A DNA stretch of 59,428 bases from a virus (IMGVR_UViG_3300025379_000012:1-59428); one strand, 5' to 3'; shown: positions 18,389-26,452, counted from the first letter of the stretch. Made by a program: numbers and translations. Notes: generated from the letters alone by a model not told the origin.

Positions 18389-18643
18389 CTAGTAAAAATA
18401 ACGCGGCGCACACGTAACTTCGCTGATCACATCCGTAATGTGGCCGCTGACGACCTTTTTTGATGTGACCATAACAGCCCGCATGCCGTTACTTTGACAA
18501 TCGTGAATGGCGTTGATGACCTCCTGCCTGCTCATTGCTGAGACGTGAGTATCAATTACCAGTTGTTGTGTTGGGTACGCGTTAGGATTGTTAGTTGTAG
18601 AACAGCCAACAAGCACCACCGCCAAGAGTGCTATGTATTTCAT
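18389..18643 (-). CDS. Early lipoprotein (possible superinfection exclusion)
   Basis: MKYIALLAVVLVGC lipobox, two further Cys, RBS GAGGAG. Confidence 0.6.
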   Translation of the reverse strand: MKYIALLAVVLVGCSTTNNPNAYPTQQLVIDTHVSAMSRQEVINAIHDCQSNGMRAVMVTSKKVVSGHITDVISEVTCAPRYFY

Positions 18644-18652
18644 GGTGTCTCC

Positions 18653-19297
18653 TCAGAAGGGAATATCAGAGTCTACGTCGTCGCTAAAGTTAGTCTCGAC
18701 GTGATGAACTTGGCCGCCTTTACCTTGCAATCTCTGCCACTCAGGGGACTGCGCGATTTTGGCTTTTAGCCTCTCGTGGAATGTCTCAAACATCTTCATG
18801 TCTGGGTTATCCAGTTGGAAGATCTCAAGCTCGTTAACGGGCTCTGGTAGCCCAGCTTTCTTGATCATGGCTGGCACAGGTGTGACGCCGTCTACGTTCG
18901 TGTAGGTCTTTCCGTCACTGCCCTTGCTGTCGATTAGGTTAAGCATGCACCAAGCCCCTAAGACCGTTTTAAGGTCAAAGCGACGCATCTCTTCCTCAGT
19001 AAAAGGCTTACCGCGCCAGGACTGTAAGTCGTTACGCAAGTTGGCCTTGGGTGACCAAGACAGCGTATAGTTTTGGAACGCACCGTATGGACGTCCGTCT
19101 TTCATGCGCAAAGGCTGACCGTTGTCGTCGGTGCCGTGGATTTCCCAGTACATAGTGATCTGGTGTAACAACTTGGGTACGCCTTTAAATTCCTTCTTCT
19201 GGGTACCAAGATCTACGATTCGGTAGCAACGAGCTAGGTGCATACCTGGTGGGCAACGTTCAAACTCACCACCCTTGTCTTCTACAAAAAAACTCAT
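18653..19297 (-). CDS. Putative single-stranded DNA-binding / recombination protein
   Basis: RBS AAGGAG before ATG 19297; acidic C-terminal DDVDSDIPF tail typical of SSBs; near the exonuclease. Confidence 0.65.
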   Translation of the reverse strand: MSFFVEDKGGEFERCPPGMHLARCYRIVDLGTQKKEFKGVPKLLHQITMYWEIHGTDDNGQPLRMKDGRPYGAFQNYTLSWSPKANLRNDLQSWRGKPFTEEEMRRFDLKTVLGAWCMLNLIDSKGSDGKTYTNVDGVTPVPAMIKKAGLPEPVNELEIFQLDNPDMKMFETFHERLKAKIAQSPEWQRLQGKGGQVHHVETNFSDDVDSDIPF

Positions 19298-19332
19298 TTT
19301 AAACTCCTTAAAACGGCACATGCCGCACACGA

Positions 19333-19395
19333 ACTATAACATAAAATTAAAACAATGGGCGTTTGTTGCAATTTAACAAAAAGTTATCGTAGAAT
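19333..19395. promoter_or_regulatory. Divergent promoter region with two 17-bp operator-like sites
   Basis: Leftward extended -10 TGTTATAGT; rightward TTGCAA-18-TAGAAT (19366-19395); TWTAAY-N5-RTTAW sites at 19335-19351 and 19372-19388. Confidence 0.65.
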
Positions 19396-19400
19396 CAGGG

Positions 19401-19481
19401 TGTTGGTAGCACGTGGTACGGGTTAGCGCCGTATTGATTTGTACAGACAGACACTGCTTTATGTGAGGCGTGTTACTAACA
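19401..19481 (+). ncRNA. Cloverleaf-like structured leader RNA (candidate)
   Basis: 13-bp closing stem TGTTGGTAGCACG/CGTGTTACTAACA (2 G-U) enclosing TACGG-GTTAGCG-CCGTA and ACA-CTGCTTTA-TGT arms; begins at the predicted TSS. Confidence 0.55.
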
Positions 19482-19497
19482 ACAGCGAGGTAAAACA

Positions 19498-19698
19498 ATG
19501 ACTCTGACGGAATATTTCTCAACAGAGCCACGGGGATCGAAGATAGAAATGGCTGAGTACCTTGGCATTTCACAGACGTGGCTGTCACTCATCATGAGTG
19601 GGCGCAAGCGTGCGTCGGCGCCTCTTTGCCTGAAGATTGAGGAGGCTACGCAAAAGCTGGTCACAAGGAAAGACTTGAGGCCAGACATATTTTCGTGA
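19498..19698 (+). CDS. Cro/YdaS-like HTH regulator
   Basis: MAEYLGISQTWLS HTH; IEEAT..LVTRKDLRPDIF C-terminal signature. Confidence 0.85.
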   Translation: MTLTEYFSTEPRGSKIEMAEYLGISQTWLSLIMSGRKRASAPLCLKIEEATQKLVTRKDLRPDIFS

Positions 19699-19709
19699 TA
19701 TAGTTATTT

Positions 19710-19811
19710 AACGCTTGGCGGCGTTTTTGGGTAAGCCCTAGACGGGACTCTGCTGGTACCCACCAGTCCGCCAACATCGCAAGATGAGAGTCTCGCCTAG
19801 GGCTTTTTTTT
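19710..19811 (+). promoter_or_regulatory. Structured attenuator-like leader of the ParB-like gene
   Basis: 19-bp stem 19733-51/19787-805 + T-tract, internal hairpins (one with a GCAA tetraloop), TTGGCGG/CCGCCAA complementarity. Confidence 0.6.
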
Positions 19812-19820
19812 GGAGTAAAC

Positions 19821-20603
19821 ATGAGTAGAACAATAAAACTAGAAGAGTTGAGAGTTGACGGAGGCACGCAAAAGCGTCCACTTGATCAGGCAACAGTTGA
19901 TCACTATGCGGATTGCATGGAAAGCGGAGACGTGTTTCCTATCGTTAAAGCAACATTTGACGGTAAGTATTACTGGCTGTGGGACGGCTTTCACAGATAC
20001 TTTGCGTATAAGAAGCTGGGCTACGCAACGATTGAGCTAGATTACATTCCAGGCACCCGTGAGGATGCCGAGGATCTGTCTTACGGTGCTAACGGTAAGC
20101 ACGGACGCTCTCGTACCAGACAAGAGAAAGAAGAGATTGTTTTAGATGCGCTGTCTAAAGAGCGTCACAAAAACAAGAGCAACAAAGAGATTGCCAGGCT
20201 GTGTGAGGTGTCTGACAAGTTTGTGGCCGCTGTTCGTAGCCCTGAGAAAAAGGCTAAACAGGCTCAAAACGTCAAAAAGCATTACGAAAAAAAGGCAAAC
20301 GAGAGCGCGATTGAATCGCGGTCTGAGGAACCCAAGCCCTCAATTTTGGACGGAAACGAGCCCAGTGAGGAAGAGTTAAAGGCCAATGAGATGGCTATGC
20401 AGGCCGATTTGGATACTTTAAACAAGCTCCTTGAGGCTGACGATGCCCTGGCAACTGCACACGCTGAAATTAAGCGATTAAACTATCTGGTCGCCCAGAA
20501 AGAGGTCAGGATCGCCGCGATTATGCGCGAGAAGAGTGAATGTATTAAGTTATGTAAGAGCCTACAGTCCCAGTTAGATAAGATACACAGGAACAAAAAA
20601 TGA
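19821..20603 (+). CDS. ParB/Srx N-terminal domain + HTH + coiled-coil protein
   Basis: LWDGFHRYFA ParB signature, N..HG motif, SNKEIARLCEVSDKFV HTH. Confidence 0.8.
   Translation: MSRTIKLEELRVDGGTQKRPLDQATVDHYADCMESGDVFPIVKATFDGKYYWLWDGFHRYFAYKKLGYATIELDYIPGTREDAEDLSYGANGKHGRSRTRQEKEEIVLDALSKERHKNKSNKEIARLCEVSDKFVAAVRSPEKKAKQAQNVKKHYEKKANESAIESRSEEPKPSILDGNEPSEEELKANEMAMQADLDTLNKLLEADDALATAHAEIKRLNYLVAQKEVRIAAIMREKSECIKLCKSLQSQLDKIHRNKK
20306..20320. repeat. Dispersed palindrome copy 3 (CGCGATTGAATCGCG), inside the ParB-like gene
   Basis: Read directly from sequence. Confidence 0.95.
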
Positions 20604-22129
20604 GCGAAGTCCTAGCCCCAAGTGAGGGTAATGATGGAACAACCTTCCCCGAACCCAGACCTTTCCAACTGTCCGCCCATGAAGCCCTACGCCAAGGATT
20701 CAGGAACGGCCATAAACGACAACTCATCATGGCGCCTACAGGTGCAGGCAAGACCTATCTGGGTCTACGCATCTGTAACGAGGCCATACAAAAGGGTAAG
20801 CGTGCCGTGTTCTTATGCGACCGTACTACTCTTATTAACCAAACTTCTGAGGTGGCTGACTCTTACGGCTTGAAAGAGCACGGCGTTATACAGGCTAACC
20901 ACTGGCGCAGGTTGCCAGATAAGCTCCTTCAGGTGGCCTCAGCGCAGACTATTGCCAAGCGTGAGTACTGGCCTGCGCTAGACGTCTTAGTCGTTGATGA
21001 GGCACACACCCAGTACAAGGTATGGACTGAATACGCGGTTGAATGTGGGGCGGCGGTTATAGGCTTATCTGCTACACCGTTTAGTCCTGGACTGGGTAAG
21101 ATCTTTACTAACCTGATTAACGCAACCACCATGCACGATCTGACTGAGTCAGGTGTACTGGTACCCATGCGGATATTCTCTTGTACTAAACCTGATATGA
21201 CTGGCGCGGCAACCAGGGGCGGTGAGTGGACAGACAAGGCCGCCGAAGAGCGTGAGATGGGAATCATTGGCGATGTAGTAAGCGAGTGGCTAAACTTTGC
21301 TGAGAACCGCAAGACGATTGTCTTTGGGGCAACGATTAAGCACTGTGAAGAGTTGTGTAGTTCGTTTATCAGCCAAGGCGTTATGGCCGCTGTGTTTACG
21401 TCTAACACGACGGCTAAAGAGCGCGAGGATCTACTGGAGGAGTACAGAAAGCCTGACAGCTACCTCAAGGTGTTGATCTCTGTAGAAGCGCTGGCAAAGG
21501 GATTTGATGTGCCTGACGTTGGCTGTGTGTGTGATGCTAGACCTTTGCGTAAGTCATTGTCTACAGCCATTCAGATGTGGGGGCGCGGTTTAAGGAGTTC
21601 GCCTGATACGGGTAAGAAGGATTGTTATCTACTCGATTTCAGTGGAAATATTATCCGCTTTGCTGAAGACTTTACCGACATATTCTTTAACGGTCTATCC
21701 GAACTCGACAACGGTGAGAAGTTAGATAAGAAGATTCGTAAGGATGAGGACTACGAGCTGAAGGGCTGTCCTAAGTGTGGATACAAACCCTTTACAAAGA
21801 GATGTATGGGGTGTGGTTACGAGCGCCCTGGTCGTCCAATGGAAGATGCTTTGCCTGGCCACATGAGCGAGATCTACATTGGAGAGGGTAAGAATAAAAA
21901 GAAACTTGCAGACAATGCTGAGCACTTATGGGCGCAGATTGTGACGTATGCCCGTGCGCACAGTAAGCCTGAGAATCAACAGGGAAGGGCTTGGCATTTA
22001 TTTAAAAGAATTACGGGGCAGGCGCCGACCTGGATGTTCTCAACTCAGAAAAATGTTGAGATTACGCGTAACGTTCACAACAAAATAACACAGATGAATA
22101 TGGCATGGAAAAAGGGACTACAACGATGA
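20600..22129 (+). CDS. Superfamily 2 DExH helicase with C-terminal Zn ribbon
   Basis: APTGAGKT, DEAH, SAT, GFD.PD, QMWGRGLR, CPKC..CMGC. Confidence 0.92.
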   Translation: MSEVLAPSEGNDGTTFPEPRPFQLSAHEALRQGFRNGHKRQLIMAPTGAGKTYLGLRICNEAIQKGKRAVFLCDRTTLINQTSEVADSYGLKEHGVIQANHWRRLPDKLLQVASAQTIAKREYWPALDVLVVDEAHTQYKVWTEYAVECGAAVIGLSATPFSPGLGKIFTNLINATTMHDLTESGVLVPMRIFSCTKPDMTGAATRGGEWTDKAAEEREMGIIGDVVSEWLNFAENRKTIVFGATIKHCEELCSSFISQGVMAAVFTSNTTAKEREDLLEEYRKPDSYLKVLISVEALAKGFDVPDVGCVCDARPLRKSLSTAIQMWGRGLRSSPDTGKKDCYLLDFSGNIIRFAEDFTDIFFNGLSELDNGEKLDKKIRKDEDYELKGCPKCGYKPFTKRCMGCGYERPGRPMEDALPGHMSEIYIGEGKNKKKLADNAEHLWAQIVTYARAHSKPENQQGRAWHLFKRITGQAPTWMFSTQKNVEITRNVHNKITQMNMAWKKGLQR

Positions 22130-22290
22130 AACCAACAACACTTGAAGCATTAATTTATAACCGTGAAGCCAGACTCAAAGACAGAATAGAAAGAATAGGC
22201 GGTGTAAAAGATAAGATTAGACTAGAAGAGGTTAGGTATCTCAAGAAGCAATTACAAGAGATGTTAAAGAATTTGAGGGGACAAGAATGA
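22126..22290 (+). CDS. Small hypothetical protein
   Basis: ATGA overlaps at both ends. Confidence 0.6.
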   Translation: MKPTTLEALIYNREARLKDRIERIGGVKDKIRLEEVRYLKKQLQEMLKNLRGQE

Positions 22291-23156
22291 ACTTCGTTGA
22301 CTTTGCACGTATACACGGCGTAGACATCGATTATTCCCAACTCTACCCTTCTGACAAGATACGAAGGTGTGGAACGGTTGATAAGCCTAAGTCTACGAAC
22401 GGTGCGTTCTTTTACGACGGTGAGCGTGGCTGGGTATTTAACTGGGCAGGCGAGGCTCGCGTGTGCTGGTTTGAGTCTACTAAGCCGTGGTCAGATGCTG
22501 AAAAGCGTGAGTGGGCTGTAAAGCGTCAGCAGGCTAACTCTGACAAAGATAGATCCTATGAGGTTGCCGCACAAAAGGCCGACACGATTTTGCGCTCAGC
22601 CAAGATGGAATCACACCCTTATCTAGAGATCAAAGGTTTCAAAGAGATGAAGGCGTTGGTGCTTGAGGGTAGGCTCCTTATTCCTATGCGCAATGTGGTT
22701 ACGTCTAAGCTCCAGGGGCTTCAATCGATCTATTGGGACGAGGAGGCCAGAAAGTACGAAAAGAAAATGCTACACGGTATGCGGGCTAAAAATGCTGTGC
22801 TCTGTATGGGTCCTAGAGGGGCTTCAGAGCTTTGGTTTGTTGAGGGGTATGCCACAGGTCTATCCGTTCACAAAGCGCTTCGTAGCATGGGATTACACGC
22901 CACGGTGGTGGTTTGTTTCTCGGCATCTAACATGGTGCAGGTTGTTGACCAGTTGAACGGTTATCGGTTTATCTTTGCGGATAACGACTTGAGCAAGACT
23001 GGAGAAAAATCGGCAATAAGTACTGGTTTGCCTTGGACAATGGCGGATGAGTGTGGTATGGACGCCAACGACTTGCATAAAAAGAAAGGTTTGATGGCTG
23101 TGCAAAAGAAAATTATGGATATTCGTAGGGAGTTCTTGACAAAGCAGGCCGCTTAG
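22287..23156 (+). CDS. TOPRIM-domain primase
   Basis: VEGYATGLS and IFADND motifs; LIPMR..LQ.I. Confidence 0.85.
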   Translation: MNFVDFARIHGVDIDYSQLYPSDKIRRCGTVDKPKSTNGAFFYDGERGWVFNWAGEARVCWFESTKPWSDAEKREWAVKRQQANSDKDRSYEVAAQKADTILRSAKMESHPYLEIKGFKEMKALVLEGRLLIPMRNVVTSKLQGLQSIYWDEEARKYEKKMLHGMRAKNAVLCMGPRGASELWFVEGYATGLSVHKALRSMGLHATVVVCFSASNMVQVVDQLNGYRFIFADNDLSKTGEKSAISTGLPWTMADECGMDANDLHKKKGLMAVQKKIMDIRREFLTKQAA

Positions 23157-23166
23157 GCTTTATAAT
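23136..23166 (+). promoter_or_regulatory. Sigma70-like promoter
   Basis: TTGACA (23136-41) and TATAAT (23161-66); the 19-bp spacer is long. Confidence 0.5.
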
Positions 23167-23171
23167 TTACG

Positions 23172-23613
23172 TAACGATGGCCTGGTAAACCATCGTAGTT
23201 CTGTGAAACGCACTCGCAAACCCATTGGTGAGCGGGCTTTGTCAAAGCTAGGATGTCCTGTCACAGCAGGCTCTTACGCGGCAACCAAGCCTAAAGCTCG
23301 TTCACCAATGGGTTTTTCGCTTTCTGCCGTACCCGTACTCCACACGATAGTAAGGGGCGCAAGTGGGCCTGCGTGGAAGTAAACCGCGACACGGTATGTC
23401 GTAAGACTAGGGGGCAGTTCCCGAATAATCCGTGCGGCTGGTCGAATCATCAAGCCGAGGGGCGTGTGGCTAATCCACAGCATGATGATGCTCACTGAGC
23501 GGTGAAGCACCTTCCCTCTCTACTCCGTCTGGGGTAGGGGGGTCTTTGGGTGAAAGGTATTCAGGGAGTCCAAGGAGTCCGACAGGGTGGGAGCCGTCCC
23601 CGCCCATTTTTTT
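23172..23613 (+). ncRNA. Candidate large structured non-coding RNA (or structured origin region)
   Basis: About 450 nt with no + strand ORF of 60 aa or more; several hairpins including a 23-bp stem with G-U pairs; ends in a GC hairpin + T-tract. Confidence 0.5.
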
Positions 23614-23623
23614 GTCTAAGTGC

Positions 23624-23642
23624 TTTAATTTAATGTTATAGT
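23624..23642 (+). promoter_or_regulatory. Operator/extended -10 motif copy
   Basis: TTTAATTTAATGTTATAGT. Confidence 0.65.
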
Positions 23643-23653
23643 AGGGGTAAGAG

Positions 23654-23944
23654 GTGAATATGACTGAAGAAGAACTAGAGATTGCGGCGATTAAGCATGA
23701 GAGACGGCGTAACACGTTTACGGCGGAGGGATTGAGCAACGCGGACGCTTGGGAGTTGGCCGATAAGATGATGGAGCGTGATCAAGATCCACAAGACGAC
23801 AGGCGGTTGTGTTTCGAGTGTAAGAAGTACGACACGGTGTACAAGACCTGCCCAATGATTGTTGATAAGAAGGGTATCCATCAACGGCCACTGAGGTTCA
23901 CGCTTCAGCGGTGTGATTGGTTTGACCTAAAGGGTAAGAAATGA
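23654..23944 (+). CDS. Hypothetical Cys-rich (Zn-binding) protein
   Basis: DDRRLCFEC...C...LQRCDWF. Confidence 0.7.
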   Translation: MNMTEEELEIAAIKHERRRNTFTAEGLSNADAWELADKMMERDQDPQDDRRLCFECKKYDTVYKTCPMIVDKKGIHQRPLRFTLQRCDWFDLKGKK

Positions 23945-24399
23945 AGATGTACCTTGGAATTGATCCAGGCTTTAGCGGAGCGTGGGGGATAGTGACCTAT
24001 CACGGTAAGTATCAGTCCTGCGGGGACATGTTGAACAACGGTAAACATATCCTATCGCGTGACGTACATGCTGAGATTGTTATGGCGATTGATCGACAAG
24101 ACATGTACGGCGTGATTGAGTCTGTACACAGCATGCCGGCGCAGGGAGTTGCATCTAGTTTTAAGTTTGGAGTTGCCTTTGGTATGGCGATAGCAATCAT
24201 GGAGCGGATTAACTGTCCTTGGATGTTGGTCACGCCGCAGGCATGGAAGAAGGATATGGGGCTCAGCTCAGATAAAGATTTATCTCTTGAGATGGCAAGG
24301 AAGCTGTGGCCTACAGCTCCACTGTCTCGAAAGATGGATAACGGACGGGCAGAAGCATTATTAATGGCAGAGTGGTTAAGAAGAGAGGAGCATAAATGA
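23941..24399 (+). CDS. RuvC-like Holliday junction resolvase
   Basis: LGIDPG, IESVH, S.FKFG, VTPQAWKK, GRAEALLMA. Confidence 0.85.
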   Translation: MKMYLGIDPGFSGAWGIVTYHGKYQSCGDMLNNGKHILSRDVHAEIVMAIDRQDMYGVIESVHSMPAQGVASSFKFGVAFGMAIAIMERINCPWMLVTPQAWKKDMGLSSDKDLSLEMARKLWPTAPLSRKMDNGRAEALLMAEWLRREEHK

Positions 24400-24587
24400 C
24401 TAAAGCAGAATTATTAAACGTACTTAGGATTGCAGGGCTTGGAGAGAATGCAGTTATCTTGGCGGGTAATGCATTTGATCTTGGGGCTGAAGCAGAGCGT
24501 GAGGAGTGTGCAAAGATTTGTGAAAACTGGTCGCATGCTAATGGTGATGACTGTGCAGAATCTATTCGTGCAAGGGGACAACAATGA
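24396..24587 (+). CDS. Hypothetical protein (EREECAK module)
   Basis: Coupled ORF; motif shared with 26586. Confidence 0.7.
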   Translation: MTKAELLNVLRIAGLGENAVILAGNAFDLGAEAEREECAKICENWSHANGDDCAESIRARGQQ

Positions 24588-24772
24588 AAGCATTTCCAAA
24601 ACTAAATGAAAAACAACCCTCTTACCAAACTGGCATGGACTTGAGGGACTGGTTTGCTGGATTAGCTATGGAAGGGATTGTTTTTGAGGGAGTTAGTCCA
24701 GAACAAACAGCTAAGGCCGCATACCAAATGGCAGATGCAATGATGAAGGCGAGAGAGAATAATCATGAGTAA
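24584..24772 (+). CDS. Conserved phage hypothetical protein
   Basis: AFP...GMDLRDWFAGLAM...AY.MADAMMKAR, a common phage family motif. Confidence 0.75.
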   Translation: MKAFPKLNEKQPSYQTGMDLRDWFAGLAMEGIVFEGVSPEQTAKAAYQMADAMMKARENNHE

Positions 24773-25100
24773 AGAAATAAACGAAGCAGTTGATTACATC
24801 TACACCCATGGCCAGAAGTATGCCGCGGCCAAGGCAGAGGTTACTTATGTGGAAGAGTACCGCAAGAGCCTGAAGGCCATGCTGATGAAGCAGGCGATGC
24901 TAGACGGGGCTAAATCAGCCGCCGCGGCAGAGATCGAGGCTTACTCTGATGCAAAGTATGTCGAGTTGCTAAACGGGCTCAAAGAGGCTGTAGAGAAGGC
25001 GGAGGGGCTCAGATGGGGTTTGGTGTCAGCACAGGCACGAGTTGAGGTCTGGCGGTCCTTAGAAGCGTCCAATCGCGTCATGGATAGGGCGGTGTCGTAA
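24765..25100 (+). CDS. Helical hypothetical protein (UvsY-like fold possible)
   Basis: Coiled-coil 111 aa; EAY....Y..L, WRS..A..R. Confidence 0.55.
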   Translation: MSKEINEAVDYIYTHGQKYAAAKAEVTYVEEYRKSLKAMLMKQAMLDGAKSAAAAEIEAYSDAKYVELLNGLKEAVEKAEGLRWGLVSAQARVEVWRSLEASNRVMDRAVS

Positions 25101-25654
25101 TGAATAACGCGATAGACGACTTAGGAATAGTGCGGCAGGCTGTGCTTGCTGACCTACCCTACGTTGTCTCCTTGTCCAAAAAAGAAAACCATAGCCTTGG
25201 GTTTATTCCAAAGATGGCGTATGAATCTGCTATCACTGGAATAAAAACAGGCGACAGGTGGAGCAACGTATGCAACGACAAACTTTTTGTTATTGAATGT
25301 AATGGCGACTTAGTTGGCTTTTGTATAGCAAGCTTTGGCATCCCTAACGCTATCAGCAAGAAGGGCAAGATCGCTCAGATATGCCTGCAAACAGATGCCA
25401 GAAAGTTCTTGCGCGGTAGAAAGCTTTTAGACACCGTGGTTGAGTACGGCAGGACGCAAGGCACTATGGCATTCAGTGCAGGCTGTGCAGACGATCTAGA
25501 GTCCAATTTATTCTGGCAGGCCATGGGTTGGTTCAAGATAGCTTCACGCTTTGGCATAAGCCACAAGAACACGTGGAAGCAAACAAGCAAGAGAGTGATA
25601 AACGTCTATAGATACGATCCATCAGATTTTTTATTGGGATTAGATTCAGTATGA
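25100..25654 (+). CDS. GNAT-family acetyltransferase
   Basis: LVGFC, IAQICL...AR...RGRKLL, LESNLFWQAMGW. Confidence 0.7.
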   Translation: MNNAIDDLGIVRQAVLADLPYVVSLSKKENHSLGFIPKMAYESAITGIKTGDRWSNVCNDKLFVIECNGDLVGFCIASFGIPNAISKKGKIAQICLQTDARKFLRGRKLLDTVVEYGRTQGTMAFSAGCADDLESNLFWQAMGWFKIASRFGISHKNTWKQTSKRVINVYRYDPSDFLLGLDSV

Positions 25655-25923
25655 ACAATACTTTGACACCTAAACAGAAAGCCTGGGTAGGGCTGGTCAA
25701 GCTCTTACCCTGCTCAGTATGTGACCAGGAAGGTCCAAGCGACGCGCACCACGTCAAACAGCATAGGCAGTACACGGTAGTGGCTCTATGTAAGAGCTGT
25801 CACCAGGGGGCTAAGATGGGTTGGCACGGTGAGAAGCGAGCTTGGGCTATAGCAAAGATGGACGAGTTGGACGCGCTGGACAAAACAATTGAGCGAGGGA
25901 TTGCCGCGCTGATTAATAATTGA
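25651..25923 (+). CDS. Ref/DUF968-like HNH-type Zn nuclease
   Basis: LPCSVC...DAHHV...VALCKSCHQG. Confidence 0.7.
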   Translation: MNNTLTPKQKAWVGLVKLLPCSVCDQEGPSDAHHVKQHRQYTVVALCKSCHQGAKMGWHGEKRAWAIAKMDELDALDKTIERGIAALINN

Positions 25924-25942
25924 ATACAAAGGTGTACATGAG

Positions 25943-25957
25943 CGCGATTCAATCGCG
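25943..25957. repeat. Dispersed palindrome copy 4 (intergenic; extends to 17-bp GCGCGATTCAATCGCGC)
   Basis: Read directly from sequence. Confidence 0.95.
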
Positions 25958-26027
25958 CCCAACTAGGGTTTGTCCCTACAAAATAGTTGTAAATAATTGA
26001 AAAATAATTAATTCATATGATTATTCC

Positions 26028-26057
26028 TTTAATTTTTTGTTATACTAAATGTACTGC
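26028..26057 (+). promoter_or_regulatory. Operator/extended -10 promoter copy with AT-rich upstream tract
   Basis: TTTAATTTTTTGTTATACTAAATGTACTGC, near-identical to 28035-28064. Confidence 0.7.
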
Positions 26058-26093
26058 AAACAAAGCAGGTTTAAATTTTTAAAGGAAATCATC

Positions 26094-26408
26094 ATGACAG
26101 TAGCAACAGCAATCCAAACAGAAGCAACAATCGTTTCTTTAGCTAACGACATCGACAACTTATATGTTCTCGACCAACAAGCTAAAGCATTGGCTGACAA
26201 AGTAAAAGCTCTTAAGTCTGACATCGCAAACAAGTACGGTGAAGGCAAGCACGAAGGTGAGTTGCACAGCGTAGAAGTTAAGTTAGTACAAGTATCTGGC
26301 ACAGTTGATTACGCCGCATTGTGTGTTGAGTACGGTATTACAGAAGAGACACTTAACAAGTTCCGTAAAGAATCACGCGCAGACATTCGCGTATCTCCAA
26401 AGAAATAA
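26094..26408 (+). CDS. Hypothetical early protein
   Basis: RBS AAGGA, own promoter and terminator. Confidence 0.75.
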   Translation: MTVATAIQTEATIVSLANDIDNLYVLDQQAKALADKVKALKSDIANKYGEGKHEGELHSVEVKLVQVSGTVDYAALCVEYGITEETLNKFRKESRADIRVSPKK

Positions 26409-26419
26409 TCATTTAAACT

Positions 26420-26441
26420 GGGGCCTATGCCCCTTTTTTTT
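26420..26441 (+). terminator. Rho-independent terminator
   Basis: GGGGC-CTAT-GCCCC + T8. Confidence 0.75.
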
Positions 26442-26452
26442 GTGGAGGATGT

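Noticed and set aside
19401-19481. tRNA gene
   Set aside because: There is no GTTCRA T-loop, no canonical D-arm or 7-bp acceptor geometry, and no CCA; kept only as a non-tRNA structured RNA.
23274-23739. Minus-strand ORFs 23274-23510 and 23470-23739 as real genes
   Set aside because: They have no clear RBS or recognisable motifs, run against the surrounding transcription, and overlap strong RNA-like structure.
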